Positions 28,437-39,127 of a stretch of DNA of 64,000 bases are shown here, piece after piece; position 1 is the stretch's first letter; each line of letters opens with the position of its first letter. The notes under the pieces were generated by a model. That model made no database searches. It was given only the letters and a program-made list of their open reading frames with translations, and was not told the origin of the DNA. This DNA comes from Pseudomonas aeruginosa PAO1. Lineage in GTDB: Bacteria > Pseudomonadota > Gammaproteobacteria > Pseudomonadales > Pseudomonadaceae. The stretch lies in assembly GCF_000006765.1 (NCBI RefSeq), contig NC_002516.2. The stretch is one strand, 5' to 3'. Position numbers and translations under genes: made by a program.

Positions 28437-29540
28437 ATGATGAAACGTTTCGGTAAGACCCTGCTCGCCCTGACCTTGGCGGGCTCTGTGGCCGGTATGG
28501 CGCAGGCTGCGGACAACAAGGTGCTGCACGTGTACAACTGGTCCGACTACATCGCGCCGGACACCCTGGAGAAGTTCACCAAGGAAACCGGGATCAAGGT
28601 CGTCTACGACGTCTACGACAGCAACGAAGTGCTGGAAGCCAAGTTGCTGGCGGGCAAGTCCGGGTACGACGTGGTGGTGCCGTCCAACTCCTTCCTCGCC
28701 AAGCAGATCAAGGCCGGGGTCTACCAGAAGCTCGACAAGTCCAAGCTGCCGAACTGGAAGAACCTGAACAAGGACCTGATGCACACCCTGGAAGTCAGCG
28801 ACCCGGGCAACGAGCATGCGATTCCCTACATGTGGGGCACCATCGGCATCGGCTACAACCCGGACAAGGTCAAGGCGGCCTTCGGCGACAACGCGCCGGT
28901 GGATTCCTGGGACCTGGTATTCAAGCCGGAGAACATCCAGAAGCTGAAGCAGTGCGGCGTCAGCTTCCTCGACTCGCCGACCGAGATCCTCCCGGCGGCC
29001 CTGCATTATCTCGGCTACAAGCCGGACACCGACAATCCCAAGGAACTCAAGGCGGCCGAAGAGCTGTTCCTGAAGATCCGTCCCTACGTCACCTACTTCC
29101 ACTCGTCGAAGTACATTTCCGACCTGGCCAACGGCAACATCTGCGTCGCCATCGGCTACTCCGGCGACATCTACCAGGCCAAGTCCCGCGCCGAAGAGGC
29201 GAAGAACAAGGTCACCGTCAAGTACAACATTCCCAAGGAAGGCGCCGGCAGCTTCTTCGACATGGTCGCCATTCCGAAGGACGCCGAGAACACCGAGGGC
29301 GCCCTGGCCTTCGTCAACTTCCTGATGAAGCCGGAAATCATGGCCGAGATCACCGACGTGGTTCAGTTCCCCAACGGCAACGCGGCGGCCACCCCGCTGG
29401 TGTCCGAGGCGATCCGCAACGACCCGGGCATCTACCCGAGCGAAGAGGTCATGAAGAAGCTGTATACCTTCCCCGACCTGCCGGCCAAGACCCAGCGGGC
29501 GATGACCCGCAGCTGGACCAAGATCAAGTCCGGCAAGTGA
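28437..29540 (+). CDS. spuD: putrescine-binding periplasmic protein
   Basis: 367 aa from MMKRF; YNWSDYI, YDSNE, GYSGD, F273. Confidence 0.95.
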
Positions 29541-29934
29541 TCCGCGAGGAGCCCGGCGGCGCCTGAAGCCGCCGGCGCTCCGGCACGAGAGAACCGGAAC
29601 GCGGCCGGGTTTCCTCCGGCCGCGCTCCCCTGCGAAGAGGTTCGACTCTTTTGCCCGTTCGTCCAGACGCTTCCTCCTGGGGGCCCGACGACCGGACGCA
29701 GTATCGACGACGAAGACGCTGCCATGGGCGCTGCGCCAATCTGCCGCGCCGGGGCCGGTCGTGTCGCTCGCACCGGGGCCGAGGGCCCGGAAAACCTGAA
29801 ACCAACACGCCGGTAGGGAACCCAGCTCACTCATGTTTCCCGGCGGAATCGTCGGGTTGTCATGAAACCCGAGTGATCTGGGCTTACATCGGCACTTGAA
29901 GAACACGGGTCGAACAGGCAGGGTGCTGCCGTGA

Positions 29935-31056
<1,122 letters not shown>

Positions 31057-31110
31057 GTTCAAATTCCGCCCGGTAGCGTGACCGGGCTCAACGACTTGGG
31101 AGTTGTGGTA

Positions 31111-32265
31111 ATGGCGATAGCCTCCGGTGCCTACAAGAAAGCCCTAGAGGGCAACCAGCAGCCGAAAGAGGTGCTGGTAAAGATCGACCGGGTAACCAAG
31201 CAGTTCGACGAGACGCTGGCGGTGGACACCGTGTCCCTGACCATCAACAAGGGCGAGATCTTCGCCCTGCTCGGCGGCTCCGGCTCGGGTAAATCCACCC
31301 TGTTACGCATGCTCGCCGGTTTCGAGCGGCCCACCGAGGGGCGGATCTTCCTCGATGGCCAGGACATCACCGACCTGCCGCCCTACGAGCGGCCGATCAA
31401 CATGATGTTCCAGTCCTATGCGCTGTTCCCGCACATGAGCGTGGCGCAGAACATCGCCTTCGGCCTCAAGCAGGACGGCCTGCCCAAGGCCGAGATCGAC
31501 GAGCGCGTGGCCGAGATGCTCAAGCTGGTGCACATGACCCAGTACGCCAAGCGCAAGCCGCACCAGCTCTCCGGCGGCCAGCGCCAGCGGGTGGCCCTGG
31601 CTCGTTCGCTGGCCAAGCGGCCGAAGCTGCTGCTGCTCGACGAGCCGATGGGCGCGCTGGACAAGAAGCTGCGCTCGCAGATGCAACTGGAACTGGTGGA
31701 GATCATCGAGCGCGTCGGCGTGACCTGCGTGATGGTGACCCACGACCAGGAAGAGGCCATGACCATGGCCCAGCGCATCGCCATCATGCACCTGGGCTGC
31801 ATCGAGCAGATCGGCAGCCCGATGGACATCTACGAGACCCCGGCGAGCCGCCTGGTCTGCGAGTTCATCGGCAACGTCAACCTGTTCGACGGCGTGCTGG
31901 TGGAGGACGTGCAGGACCATGCGGTGATCGCCTGCCCGCAGCTGGAGAACCCGATCTACATCGGCCACGGCATCAGCACCCGCGCCGAGGACAAGCGCAT
32001 CACCTACGCGCTGCGGCCGGAGAAAGTGATGATCAGCGCGCAGAAGCCGGACAACCTGGAACACGCCGGGCACAACTGGGCCCAGGGCACCGTCTACGAC
32101 ATCGCCTACCTTGGCGGCCACTCGGTGTACTACATCAAGCTGGCGTCCGGGATGATCGTCCAGGCCTTCATGGCCAACGCCGAGCGCCACGTCGCCCGGC
32201 CGACCTGGGACCAGTCGGTGTACATCAGCTGGTACGACGACAGCGGCGTGGTACTGCAGTCATGA
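31111..32265 (+). CDS. spuF: polyamine ABC transporter ATP-binding protein
   Basis: [24 protein letters not shown]; start MAIASG at 31111. Confidence 0.95.
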   Translation: MAIASGAYKKALEGNQQPKEVLVKIDRVTKQFDETLAVDTVSLTINKGEIFALLGGSGSGKSTLLRMLAGFERPTEGRIFLDGQDITDLPPYERPINMMFQSYALFPHMSVAQNIAFGLKQDGLPKAEIDERVAEMLKLVHMTQYAKRKPHQLSGGQRQRVALARSLAKRPKLLLLDEPMGALDKKLRSQMQLELVEIIERVGVTCVMVTHDQEEAMTMAQRIAIMHLGCIEQIGSPMDIYETPASRLVCEFIGNVNLFDGVLVEDVQDHAVIACPQLENPIYIGHGISTRAEDKRITYALRPEKVMISAQKPDNLEHAGHNWAQGTVYDIAYLGGHSVYYIKLASGMIVQAFMANAERHVARPTWDQSVYISWYDDSGVVLQS

Positions 32266-33173
32266 AATTCGCCAACAGCCTGAAAAAGCGCATGCCCACC
32301 GGGCGGCATGCGGTCATCGGGGTGCCGTTCCTGTGGCTCTTCCTGTTCTTCCTGCTGCCCTTCGCCATCGTGCTGAAGATCAGCCTGGCGGAAGCGGACG
32401 TGGCCATCCCGCCCTATACCGAGATCTTCGCCTACGCGGACCAGCAGTTGCAGGTGCTCCTCAACCTCGGCAACTACCTGATGCTGACCGATGACCCGCT
32501 CTACATCGATGCCTACCTCGGCTCGCTGAAGATGGCCTTCATCAGTACCCTGATCTGCCTGCTGGTGGGCTACCCGATGGCCTACGCCATCGCCCGCTCC
32601 AGCCAGTCCTCGCAGACCGTCCTGCTGCTGCTGATCATGATGCCGACCTGGACGGCGATCCTGATCCGGGTCTATGCCTGGATGGGCATCCTTTCCAACA
32701 ACGGCCTGCTAAACAGCGTACTGATGGGGCTGGGGCTCATCAGCGAGCCGCTGACCATCCTCAATACCAACATCGCGGTGTACATCGGCATCGTCTATTC
32801 CTACCTGCCGTTCATGATCCTGCCGCTCTACGCCAACCTGGTGAAGCACGACCCGAGCCTGCTGGAGGCCGCTTCCGACCTGGGCGCGCGTAACTTCACC
32901 AGCTTCTGGAAGATCACCGTGCCGCTGTCGAAGAACGGCATCATCGCCGGCTGCATGCTGGTGTTCATCCCGGCGGTGGGCGAGTTCGTCATCCCGGAAC
33001 TGCTCGGCGGCCCCGAGACCCTGATGATCGGCAAGGTGCTCTGGCAGGAGTTCTTCAACAACCGCGACTGGCCGGTGGCGTCCGCCCTGGCGGTGGTGAT
33101 GCTGGCGATCCTGATCATCCCGATCATCCTGTTCAACAAGAACCAGGCCAAAGAACTGGAGGGCAAGGTATGA
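32262..33173 (+). CDS. spuG: polyamine ABC transporter permease
   Basis: ATGA overlap with spuF; EAASDLGA, FIPAVGEF, RDWPVASA. Confidence 0.94.
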   Translation: MKFANSLKKRMPTGRHAVIGVPFLWLFLFFLLPFAIVLKISLAEADVAIPPYTEIFAYADQQLQVLLNLGNYLMLTDDPLYIDAYLGSLKMAFISTLICLLVGYPMAYAIARSSQSSQTVLLLLIMMPTWTAILIRVYAWMGILSNNGLLNSVLMGLGLISEPLTILNTNIAVYIGIVYSYLPFMILPLYANLVKHDPSLLEAASDLGARNFTSFWKITVPLSKNGIIAGCMLVFIPAVGEFVIPELLGGPETLMIGKVLWQEFFNNRDWPVASALAVVMLAILIIPIILFNKNQAKELEGKV

Positions 33174-33259
33174 GCCAGCACAGCGTATCCCGCTCCGTAT
33201 CCCGTTCAACAGGCTCTCCATCCAGAAGCGTGGCCAAAGAACTGGAGGGCAAGGTATGA
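33146..33259 (+). repeat. perfect 28-bp direct repeat GGCCAAAGAACTGGAGGGCAAGGTATGA (33146-33173 and 33232-33259)
   Basis: read directly; period 86 bp; each copy contains a GGAGG SD and ATGA. Confidence 0.97.
33170..33259 (+). CDS. putative 29-aa relay mini-ORF (MSQHSVSRSVSRSTGSPSRSVAKELEGKV)
   Basis: open frame from the ATG overlapping the spuG stop to the TGA overlapping the spuH start; SD present. Confidence 0.55.
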   Translation: MSQHSVSRSVSRSTGSPSRSVAKELEGKV

Positions 33260-34125
33260 AGCGCTGGAATTTCTCCAACGTCATGCTGATCGTCGGCCTG
33301 CTCTTCATCTACCTGCCGATGCTGATCCTGGTGATCTATTCGTTCAACGCCTCCAAGCTGGTGACGGTGTGGGGCGGCTGGTCGGTGAAGTGGTACGTCG
33401 GCCTGCTGGACAACACCCAACTGGTCAGTTCGGTCGGACGCTCCCTGGAGATCGCCTTCTATACGGCGTTCTCCTCGGTGTTCCTCGGCACCCTGGCGGC
33501 CTTCGTCCTCACCCGTATCCCGCGCTTCCGCGGTCGTACGCTGTTCGGCGGCATGGTCACCGCGCCGCTGGTGATGCCGGAAGTGATCACCGGCCTGTCG
33601 CTGCTGCTGTTGTTCGTGGCCATGGCGCAACTGATCGGCTGGCCGCAGGAACGGGGTATCGTGACCATCTGGATCGCCCACACCAGCTTCTGCTCGTCCT
33701 ACGTGGCGGTGGTGGTGTCGGCGCGCCTGCGTGAACTCGACCTGTCGATCGAGGAAGCGGCGATGGACCTGGGCGCCAAGCCCTGGAAGGTGTTCCTGCT
33801 GATCACCATCCCGATGATCGCGCCCTCGCTGGCGGCGGGCGGCATGATGTCCTTCGCCCTGTCGCTGGACGACCTGGTACTGGCCAGCTTCGTCTCCGGA
33901 CCCGGCTCGACCACCTTGCCGATGGAAGTGTTCTCGGCGGTACGCCTGGGCGTGAAGCCGGAGATCAACGCGGTGGCCAGCCTGATCCTGCTGAGCGTTT
34001 CGCTGTTCACCTTCTTCGCCTGGTACTTCACCCGCCAGGCCGAGGAGCGGCGTCGCCGGGCGATCCAGCAGGCGATGGAAGAGACCGCGACCGACTGGCA
34101 GAAAGGCTCGCCGACCCCGGCCTGA
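33256..34125 (+). CDS. spuH: polyamine ABC transporter permease
   Basis: IYSFNAS, PLVMPEVITG, EEAAMDLGA, LSLDD, PEINA. Confidence 0.95.
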   Translation: MKRWNFSNVMLIVGLLFIYLPMLILVIYSFNASKLVTVWGGWSVKWYVGLLDNTQLVSSVGRSLEIAFYTAFSSVFLGTLAAFVLTRIPRFRGRTLFGGMVTAPLVMPEVITGLSLLLLFVAMAQLIGWPQERGIVTIWIAHTSFCSSYVAVVVSARLRELDLSIEEAAMDLGAKPWKVFLLITIPMIAPSLAAGGMMSFALSLDDLVLASFVSGPGSTTLPMEVFSAVRLGVKPEINAVASLILLSVSLFTFFAWYFTRQAEERRRRAIQQAMEETATDWQKGSPTPA

Positions 34126-34141
34126 GCCCTCCGCCGAAAAG

Positions 34142-34167
34142 AAAAGGCCACCTGCGGGTGGCCTTTT
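34142..34167. terminator. bidirectional intrinsic terminator after spuH
   Basis: AAAAGGCCACC-TGCG-GGTGGCCTTTT. Confidence 0.92.
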
Positions 34168-34208
34168 TCATTGGCGCGTCGGTGGCAGGAAATGCCTGGC
34201 TACGCTCC

Positions 34209-34287
34209 GTAGGGCGACGCCCGAGGCGTTATCCGCCGATACCCCGTTGTACCCGGCGGACAACCACCATGCGGCTACTCGCCCGAC
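34209..34287. repeat. two degenerate GTAG-family REP-like units
   Basis: GTAGGGCG..ACGCC-CGA-GGCGTTATCCGCC (34209-37) and GGCGGACAACC..GCGGCTACTCGCCCGAC (34255-87). Confidence 0.55.
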
Positions 34288-34302
34288 CCCACGCCGGCCG
34301 GC

Positions 34303-36690
34303 TCAGCGCTTCGGCTCCAGCACCAGCACGCCCTTGCTGTTCGCCTTCACCTCGTTTTCCTCATAGTGCTGCGGCAGGTAGTGGCCCTCGATGTAGGCCT
34401 CGGCCTGGTCGTCGTAGTGGCCGTCGAAGGGCACGCCGCTCTGCCCGACCGGGTTGATGCCGAGGCTGTGGGTCGGGTCGGCGAAGTCCACCAGGCGCCG
34501 GGTCGATGGGCCGTAGGTGACCGCCCAGGGGGCCGGGCCGATCTTCGCCGACAGATTGTTCGGTACCTCGTGGGTGCCGGGGGCGGCGAACGGACCGACG
34601 TTGAGAAGGCGCCTGAGCAGCGCTTGCTGGCCCAGGGCGTGCTCGTGGGTCAGGGTATGCGCCTTGCCCCACAGCCAGCCGGACGGGTCGTTGCCGAGGG
34701 TGCCGCGCAGATGCGCGAGGGAGGCGTTCCAGGCGGTCCTGACGATATCCGCGCGGGTTTCCCGGCGTTCTGTGCGGCGGTCGTCCCACCAGGGCGAGTC
34801 GGCGTCGCCAGCCAGCCGAGGCAGCGCGCTGTCGATGGCGCGGGTGGCGATCAGGCTGTCGAAGAAGGCATCGCCCAGTTCGTCGTGCAAGGCGCCCTCG
34901 GCAATCTGGAACAGCAACTGGTTGAACAGCGTGGCGGCGGTCGAGTCGACCGGGTAGTCGCCGTTCCAGGCCGCCAGTTGCTCGACCAGGCGCTTGCCTT
35001 CGGCGTCGTCGACCACCTCGCGCAGGACCGGCAGCAAGGGTGCGAGCAGGCGTGGCGCGTAGCCGGTGCGATTGCCGAGTTGCAGCGCGCGGCTGTTGTC
35101 CAGGTTCCATTTGGTGCCGCGGTCGGCCAGTTGGGTATCCAGCCACTGGCCGCGGTCCGCCAGGTTGTAGTAGCCGGGAATCGGCCGGCCATTGGCCGGG
35201 ACCGGCTGGAAGTTGGCGGAGACGATGTAGCCGCGCGCCGGGTTTTCCTCCTGTGGGTTGTCGGCGAACGGATAGAAGCCGGACTTGTCCGCCTCGCCCT
35301 TGCTGCCGTCGAGGATGAAGCTCGGGTTCACCCCCTCCGGCCGCTTCGGCAGGGCCGCCGAGGCCCACCAGCCGATATCGCCGGCGGCGTTGGCCCAGAC
35401 CAGGTTGAGTCCCGGCGAATGGATCTTCGAGGCCGCCGCGCGGGCCTTGGCCAGGGTATCGGCGCGATTCAGCTGGTAGAAGGCGTCGAGCACCGGGTTC
35501 TCGGTCTCGAGGAAAGCCCACCACATGGCGATCGGGGTCTTGCCGGAGCTGGCGCCGAGCGCGTCGTTGACGATCGGACCGTGGGGCGAGCGGCGCAGGG
35601 TGAGCTTCACCGGCGCAGCGCCCTTGACCGCGATTTCCTGCTCCTCGCTCTGCAGGTCGACCCATTCGCCCTGGTACCAGACCTGGTTGGGGTTGTCCGG
35701 GTTGACCTTCTCGGCGACCAGGTCGAGGTCGTCGTTCTGGAACATCGTCAGGCTCCAGCCGAACGCACGGTTGTGGCCCAGCGAGGCGAAGGGGTTGAGA
35801 GCCTGGTGGTGGCCATAGAGTTCGAAGCCGGGCGCGCTCAGCTGGGCCTCGTACCATACCGCCGGCGCGGCGAAGCGGATATGCGGGTCGCCGGCCAGCA
35901 GGGGCTTGCCGCTGGCGGTGCGGCTGCCGGCGACGACCCAGGCGTTGCTGCCCTCGAACTGCGGCAGGCCGGCGTCCTCCAGGGCCTGCTGGCTGAGACG
36001 GGCGAGGGCGCCGAGGTCCTTCCAGTCGCCGGCGCCCAGTGCGCCGGAGGGCGTCAGCACGCCCTGCGGATGCCAGTCGAGATCGAAGATGCGCAGGTAG
36101 TCGCTGCCCAGTTCGTCGCGGATGTAGGTCAGCACCGGCTCGGTGCGGAAGGCGGCAGCGAAGCTGTAGGCCATGTAGCCGGCGATGCTCAGGGTATCTT
36201 CGGGGGTGAAGGGACGCCTGGGTATGCCCAGCAGATCGAATTCGAGCGGCGCCGGGTTGTTCTCCTGGAACTGGTTGACCCCGTCCAGGTAGGCCTCCAG
36301 CACTTTCCAGGGCTGCGACTGCTTGTCCTGGCGGGCGCTGTATTCGGCGGCGTGGTCGCGGATGCGCAGGGTGCGGAACAGACGGTCGGTATCCACCAGC
36401 TTGGGTCCGAGCACTTCGGCCAGCTCGCCGCGCGCCAGGCGCCGCAGCATTTCCATCTGGAACAGGCGGTCCTGGGCGTGCACGTAGCCGAGGGCGCGGT
36501 AGAGGTCGGTCTGGTTCTGCGCATACAGGTGCGGAACCCCGCGCTCGTCGTAGCGCACGTCGACCGGCGCCTGCAGGTGGGCCAGGGCGAGCGAGCCGTT
36601 GCGGAGCGGCTGCTTGGCATGGAGGTACCAGGCGCCGCCGGCAGCCGCGGCGGCGACCGCCACGGCGATCACGGTCAGGGTGCGTTTCAT
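34303..36690 (-). CDS. hacB: Ntn-hydrolase (penicillin acylase family) acyl-homoserine lactone acylase
   Basis: 795 aa; N-terminal hydrophobic anchor, YDERGVPH, HAQDRLFQME, beta-subunit start GSNAWVV, LAGDPH; name from recall of PA0305. Confidence 0.9.
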   Translation of the reverse strand: MKRTLTVIAVAVAAAAAGGAWYLHAKQPLRNGSLALAHLQAPVDVRYDERGVPHLYAQNQTDLYRALGYVHAQDRLFQMEMLRRLARGELAEVLGPKLVDTDRLFRTLRIRDHAAEYSARQDKQSQPWKVLEAYLDGVNQFQENNPAPLEFDLLGIPRRPFTPEDTLSIAGYMAYSFAAAFRTEPVLTYIRDELGSDYLRIFDLDWHPQGVLTPSGALGAGDWKDLGALARLSQQALEDAGLPQFEGSNAWVVAGSRTASGKPLLAGDPHIRFAAPAVWYEAQLSAPGFELYGHHQALNPFASLGHNRAFGWSLTMFQNDDLDLVAEKVNPDNPNQVWYQGEWVDLQSEEQEIAVKGAAPVKLTLRRSPHGPIVNDALGASSGKTPIAMWWAFLETENPVLDAFYQLNRADTLAKARAAASKIHSPGLNLVWANAAGDIGWWASAALPKRPEGVNPSFILDGSKGEADKSGFYPFADNPQEENPARGYIVSANFQPVPANGRPIPGYYNLADRGQWLDTQLADRGTKWNLDNSRALQLGNRTGYAPRLLAPLLPVLREVVDDAEGKRLVEQLAAWNGDYPVDSTAATLFNQLLFQIAEGALHDELGDAFFDSLIATRAIDSALPRLAGDADSPWWDDRRTERRETRADIVRTAWNASLAHLRGTLGNDPSGWLWGKAHTLTHEHALGQQALLRRLLNVGPFAAPGTHEVPNNLSAKIGPAPWAVTYGPSTRRLVDFADPTHSLGINPVGQSGVPFDGHYDDQAEAYIEGHYLPQHYEENEVKANSKGVLVLEPKR

Positions 36691-36800
36691 CGATCCTTTC
36701 TCCTTGTTGTAGTGCCGAGCATTCTGCGGATGCCGCCGGCCCGCGGCATTGACCGAATGCTCGGACCCTGGAAGTCTTTGGTCAATCGCGAGGAGCCGCC

Positions 36801-37853
36801 ATGCAGGACGACCCGTCTACCAGCCCCCTGACCCATTCCGCCACGTTGCGGCGTCTGTTGTATGAAGCCCTGGACGCCCTCGGGCTCGACCCCACCCGCG
36901 TCTACCGCAGCGTCTACCGGCGTATCCCGCTGCCGCCGCCGACCCTGGGCGGCCGCCTGGTGCATGACAACGCCCCGTTGTTCTGGACCGAGCTGGCGGC
37001 GGTGACCGGCGATGCCGACATCGGCCTGCACCTGGGCGAGGCAATGAAGCCGCGCCTGCTCGATGTGGTCGGCTACCTGCTGCTGTCCGCGCGCGACCTG
37101 GAGGAGGCGCTGCGCAGCTTCGTGCGTTTCCAGCACATTCTCTCCGGCGGTTTCGCCGCGCGCCTCGAGGTCGAAGGGGAAACGGCAAGGCTGATCCTCG
37201 ACATCAACTACCTGGGCTATGCCTCGCTGCGCCAGCAGATCGAATGCCTGATGCTGCTGTTCCTCAAGCTGCTGGCGCTGATCAGCGACGACGAGTTCGT
37301 CGCCGAGCGCATCGAGTTCCGCCACCGAGCCCCGCCGCGGCTGGGCGAACACCGCCGGTTGTTCGGCAGGCTGCCGCTGTTCTCGCGGCCGCACGATGCC
37401 CTGGTGTTTTCCGCCGCCTTGCTGCGGCGTCCTTCGCGCAACGCCAATCCGGACATGCATGACGTGCTGACCCGCCACGCGGAAGAACAGTCCCGCGAAC
37501 TCAGCGAGAACCGCTTGCTCAATCGCGTGCGCTACCTGATCGAGCTGCGCCTCGGGGAGGGCTATGGCTTGCGCCAGTGCGCGGCGGAGCTGGGCCTTGG
37601 CAGCGGTGCCTTGCAGCGTGCGCTGGCCGCTGGGGGAGCGAGTTTCCGGCAGGTTCGCGATGAGGTTCGCCGGCAGCGGGCGAGCGAGATGCTGTTGGCC
37701 GGTCGCGCCATCCGCGAGGTGGCCAAGGCTTGCGGGTTCGCCGAGCTGTCGCCGTTCTACCGGGCCTTTCGCCGCTGGCACGCCGCGCCCCCGGAGCAAT
37801 ACAGGGCGCGGCTGGCGAAGCGGGAAGAGGGTTACTCGACCAGCGGTACCTGA
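36801..37853 (+). CDS. AraC-family regulator with a long N-terminal ligand domain
   Basis: GDADIGLHLG; C-terminal double HTH (FRQVRDEVR...IREVAKACGFAELSPFYRAFRRW). Confidence 0.92.
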   Translation: MQDDPSTSPLTHSATLRRLLYEALDALGLDPTRVYRSVYRRIPLPPPTLGGRLVHDNAPLFWTELAAVTGDADIGLHLGEAMKPRLLDVVGYLLLSARDLEEALRSFVRFQHILSGGFAARLEVEGETARLILDINYLGYASLRQQIECLMLLFLKLLALISDDEFVAERIEFRHRAPPRLGEHRRLFGRLPLFSRPHDALVFSAALLRRPSRNANPDMHDVLTRHAEEQSRELSENRLLNRVRYLIELRLGEGYGLRQCAAELGLGSGALQRALAAGGASFRQVRDEVRRQRASEMLLAGRAIREVAKACGFAELSPFYRAFRRWHAAPPEQYRARLAKREEGYSTSGT

Positions 37854-38335
37854 CGGCCGATCTCCAGGGTGGCGATGGCGTCGAGCTGGATCTCGATCTG
37901 CAGGAAGCGCATGGCGCGCTTGGGCGAGACGTTCTTGGCGATGCGCTTGACGTACTTGTCGCGCAGTTCCAGACGGTCCTCCTGGAGGTCGTCGACACGC
38001 TCGATCAGCTTGCTCGCCTGGTCGTCGCTGACGTTGCCGCTGTTGTAGGCCTGGGCGTAGTCGAGCAGGAGCTTGAGGGTTTCCTTGCTGAGCTTGTCCG
38101 ACTCGGTGCGGTAGGTATTGTAGATCGGCCAGAACTTCTCGCCTTCCTGGTCGGTGAGGTTCATGTTGGCCTCGACGATGCGCTTGCGCTTGTAGTCGAC
38201 GTCGGCCAGGTCGTTCTGGATCTGCGCCTGGTGCTCCTTCATCAGTTCCTTGCTGCTGGGCTGAGGGTCGTTCTGGGCGGCCATCAGTGGCAGGCTGACG
38301 AGGGCGAGCAGGGCGAGGGTGGGACGTAGGGACAT
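37832..38335 (-). CDS. secreted alpha-helical protein, Spy/CpxP-like
   Basis: 167 aa; AAGGAG SD; signal peptide; MNLTDQEGEKFWPIYNTY; typical P. aeruginosa codon usage; 22-nt tail-to-tail overlap with the AraC gene. Confidence 0.85.
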   Translation of the reverse strand: MSLRPTLALLALVSLPLMAAQNDPQPSSKELMKEHQAQIQNDLADVDYKRKRIVEANMNLTDQEGEKFWPIYNTYRTESDKLSKETLKLLLDYAQAYNSGNVSDDQASKLIERVDDLQEDRLELRDKYVKRIAKNVSPKRAMRFLQIEIQLDAIATLEIGRQVPLVE

Positions 38336-38439
38336 GCAGCGACTCCTTGGTTCGGCAACGGCCCCTCGTGGGCCGACCCGGGCAGTGTAGCCGCTACGCC
38401 TTCCGGCGCCCCCTCCGGAAGGCCCGGTGTTGAGCCAGG

Positions 38440-39015
38440 TCAGCCTTTTTCCGGGGTCCAGGGGCAGTAGCAACCCACGGCGAGGGTATGGGTGGCATCC
38501 ACCGGACGTCCCTGCAGCAGCGCTTCGAGGATCGGTTCGATGAAGCTGTTGCTGGAGGTGCATACCGCGCCCTCGCTATAGGGGCCGAAGTAGGCCAGGC
38601 GGCCGTCGCGGTCCCAGATCGCCACGGCCGGGCTGGCCGGCAACTGCTCGGAACCGGGCAGACCGGCGAGGGCGCGCAGGGCGGCCAGGTTGTCCGGCAG
38701 GCGGCCCTGGCTGCCAGGCTTCTGCAGGACATGGAACTCCACGCCCTTGCCGGCGAAGCGTTCGATCAGCTCGCCGAGGTGCTGCTGGTTGCCGACGTTG
38801 CAGGGGCAGGCCGGGTCCCAGAAATGCACCAGGCGGATCGCCCCCGGCCCGGCCAGCTCGGCCGGCAGGCGCAGGCTGTCGCCGGAGAACAGGGTGGTCT
38901 GCTCGCTGAACGGGCGGATGTAGCGGATCTCGAACCACCAGTAGGCGGCGAGCAGGCCGCCGGCCCAGAGCAGGCCGACCAGGCTGACGAGGAGCGTCTT
39001 GCGGCGGGGAGTCAT
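38440..39015 (-). CDS. membrane-anchored thioredoxin-like protein (DUF6436-like)
   Basis: N-terminal TM; LVHFWDPACPCN; PASPAVAIWD; C-terminal GCYCPW; alternative start at 39051. Confidence 0.8.
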   Translation of the reverse strand: MTPRRKTLLVSLVGLLWAGGLLAAYWWFEIRYIRPFSEQTTLFSGDSLRLPAELAGPGAIRLVHFWDPACPCNVGNQQHLGELIERFAGKGVEFHVLQKPGSQGRLPDNLAALRALAGLPGSEQLPASPAVAIWDRDGRLAYFGPYSEGAVCTSSNSFIEPILEALLQGRPVDATHTLAVGCYCPWTPEKG

Positions 39016-39127
39016 GGCATTCACACGGAAAACGGGTGCCAAGCTTGCCATGTGTTCGCGCGCAGCTGAATATCCCTGGGTTTCGCCCGTGGCCCGGCCA
39101 CGAATCGATTGCAGCCCGGAACCGCCG

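Noticed and set aside
33146-33259. The 28-bp direct repeat as a CRISPR unit or an IS target-site duplication
   Set aside because: Only two copies, no cas genes, no terminal inverted repeats or transposase; the repeat is simply the spuG 3' end.
34366-36831. Very long antisense or alternate-frame ORFs (also 4016-5845, 13836-15827, 26798-28537, 50794-52989, 61830-63626 and many others)
   Set aside because: They shadow well-supported genes. High GC3 bias depletes stop codons in other frames, and the products are Arg/Gly/Pro-rich or V/D/L/E antisense patterns with no motifs.
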